Origin: an uncultured bacterium
Lineage (GTDB): Bacteria > Verrucomicrobiota > Kiritimatiellia > RFP12 > UBA1067
DNA length: 64,000 nt
Assembly: GCA_902779865.1 (NCBI GenBank)
Contig: CACZDG010000007.1
Span: 8,958 to 72,957, forward strand
Direction: 5' to 3'
Position 1 is the first letter of the stretch. Every line of letters begins with the position of its first letter. The notes beneath the pieces are model-generated. The model was not told the origin of the DNA and searched no databases. It saw only the letters and a list, made by a program, of their open reading frames with translations. Of this stretch, positions 62,850 to 64,000 are shown one piece after another. A program made the translations under genes and the position numbers.

Positions 62850-63971
62850 ATGCTTTATCTATTAGCGCCATATCTTGAGAATGTGTGGGGGCCGTTCCGC
62901 CTTCTGCGGTCGCACGTGCTCCTGCTAGCCGCCGGCACAATGCTTGCGGCCATTGCCGTTTTGCTGTTGCTGCCGAAGCTGCTGCGGTTCTCCCCGCACG
63001 ACCACGGCAAGGCCATCCTGGGCAAAGACGGGATGGTGTCGGCCGGCAAGCCCACGGGCACTGGTTTGTGGGTGACGCTGCTCATATTGCCTATCATCCT
63101 TCTGGTGATGCCGCTCTCGGTGCCGGTTCTCGGCATGCTCTTCTGCCTGTACGTGGCGATGGTGTGCGGGTATCTCGACGATCGTTCCGAGAAACCCTGG
63201 GGTCAGCTTAAGAAAGGCGTGCTGGACGCCTTGGTGTGTCTGGGCGTGGCGTACTTCGTGTGGTCTGCCCTTGACGGACAGGTGTGGTTGCCGTTCTTCA
63301 AGGGCGAGTGGACGATGCCGTGGTGGGCCTACATCCCCTGCATGGGGTTCGTGCTGTTCGTGACGATGAACGCGACGAACTGCTCGGACGGCGTGGACGG
63401 CCTTGCGGGATCGCTCTCAGTGATTTCGCTCGTGGCTCTGGCGGTGTTCCTGTACGCGGTGATCGGCTACCGTCCGATGGCGGACTACCTCCTCGTGCCG
63501 CACAACTACTTGGCCGTGCGCTGGTCGATTCTGTTGATGACTGTTGCCGGTGCCTTTTCCGGCTATCTCTGGTGGAACGCGGAACCGTCGCGGGTGCTGA
63601 TGGGTGACGCGGGGTCGCGTTTCCTCGGACTGCTGATCGGCGCTGCCGTGCTGGTGACGGGTAACCCGGCGCTTGTGCTCGCCTTTGCGCCCGTCCTGCT
63701 CGTGAACGGCGGCGGTGGCATGGTGAAGATCCTTCTGCTCCGCTTCTTCCGCAAGTGTGGACTCGACGTGCGCCCGCCGTCCGAGCTCAAGCCGGAGGAG
63801 AAGAAAAGCCGGAACGTCCTGGTGAAGGCGGTGTGGAAGGTCCGCTTCCCGCTGCACGACCACTGCAAGAAGGAACTTCACTGGACGAACGCGCAGGTGC
63901 TTATGCGCTTCGTGCTTCTGCAGGCGTTCCTAATGCCGCTGGTATTCGTTCTCCTCGTAAAGATTCGCTGA
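62850..63971 (+). CDS. MraY-family polyprenyl-phosphate phospho-sugar transferase (GT4 PNPT family)
   Basis: YLDDRSEK (DD), NATNCSDGVDGLAGS (NxxNxTDGxDGL), MGDAGS and FPLHDH (in place of the MraY PIHHH) are colinear with E. coli MraY as recalled. There is an extra loop of about 25 aa before the His motif. Confidence 0.75.
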   Translation: MLYLLAPYLENVWGPFRLLRSHVLLLAAGTMLAAIAVLLLLPKLLRFSPHDHGKAILGKDGMVSAGKPTGTGLWVTLLILPIILLVMPLSVPVLGMLFCLYVAMVCGYLDDRSEKPWGQLKKGVLDALVCLGVAYFVWSALDGQVWLPFFKGEWTMPWWAYIPCMGFVLFVTMNATNCSDGVDGLAGSLSVISLVALAVFLYAVIGYRPMADYLLVPHNYLAVRWSILLMTVAGAFSGYLWWNAEPSRVLMGDAGSRFLGLLIGAAVLVTGNPALVLAFAPVLLVNGGGGMVKILLLRFFRKCGLDVRPPSELKPEEKKSRNVLVKAVWKVRFPLHDHCKKELHWTNAQVLMRFVLLQAFLMPLVFVLLVKIR

Positions 63972-64000
63972 TGCTCAGTCGCTGTATCTGAAATGGAAGG

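Overview
Gene-dense, GC-rich bacterial chromosomal segment. I call 52 CDS plus one transposase remnant; 51 CDS are on the + strand and one is on the - strand. No rRNA, tRNA or CRISPR array was seen. The gene content points to an anaerobic member of the PVC superphylum (Lentisphaerota, Kiritimatiellota or Verrucomicrobiota). This is inferred from a prepilin-type N-terminal methylation-motif protein, a DUF1080 lipoprotein, a PEP-CTERM/exosortase pair, a Ser/Thr-kinase-FGE fusion, rubredoxin, NrdG and LarB.

Layout:
- 1-3.1 kb: a VIT/vWA PEP-CTERM protein with its own exosortase.
- 3-34 kb: housekeeping and carbohydrate genes (rhaD, priA, hisD, obg, lysS, larB, nrdG, rlmI, purB, dnaG, an acyl-CoA ligase). 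This stretch is interrupted at 22.5-24.1 kb by a 1.6 kb AT-richer, non-coding, repeat-laden scar holding a transposase N-terminal fragment.
- 34-37 kb: an OmpR-type two-component system.
- 37-46.8 kb: a translationally coupled teichoic-acid-like glycopolymer operon (TagF-like, two TagD paralogs, LicD, GT4, deacetylase, two kinase-like proteins).
- 47.2-61.3 kb: the most unusual region. It is a markedly lower-GC block of secreted or membrane proteins. These comprise three CxxC thioredoxin-fold proteins, a MauE-like membrane protein, a parvulin PPIase, a C10 (SpeB-like) cysteine protease and an O-antigen-ligase-like protein. There are also two cysteine-rich paralogs and two tandem HEAT-like paralogs. 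Four of the proteins share an unrecognised C-terminal module.
- 61.3-64 kb: WbaP-like and MraY-like phospho-sugar transferases.

A recurrent TGnTATAAT extended -10 box sits upstream of many genes. In several cases it lies only 6-8 nt from the ATG, which implies leaderless mRNAs.
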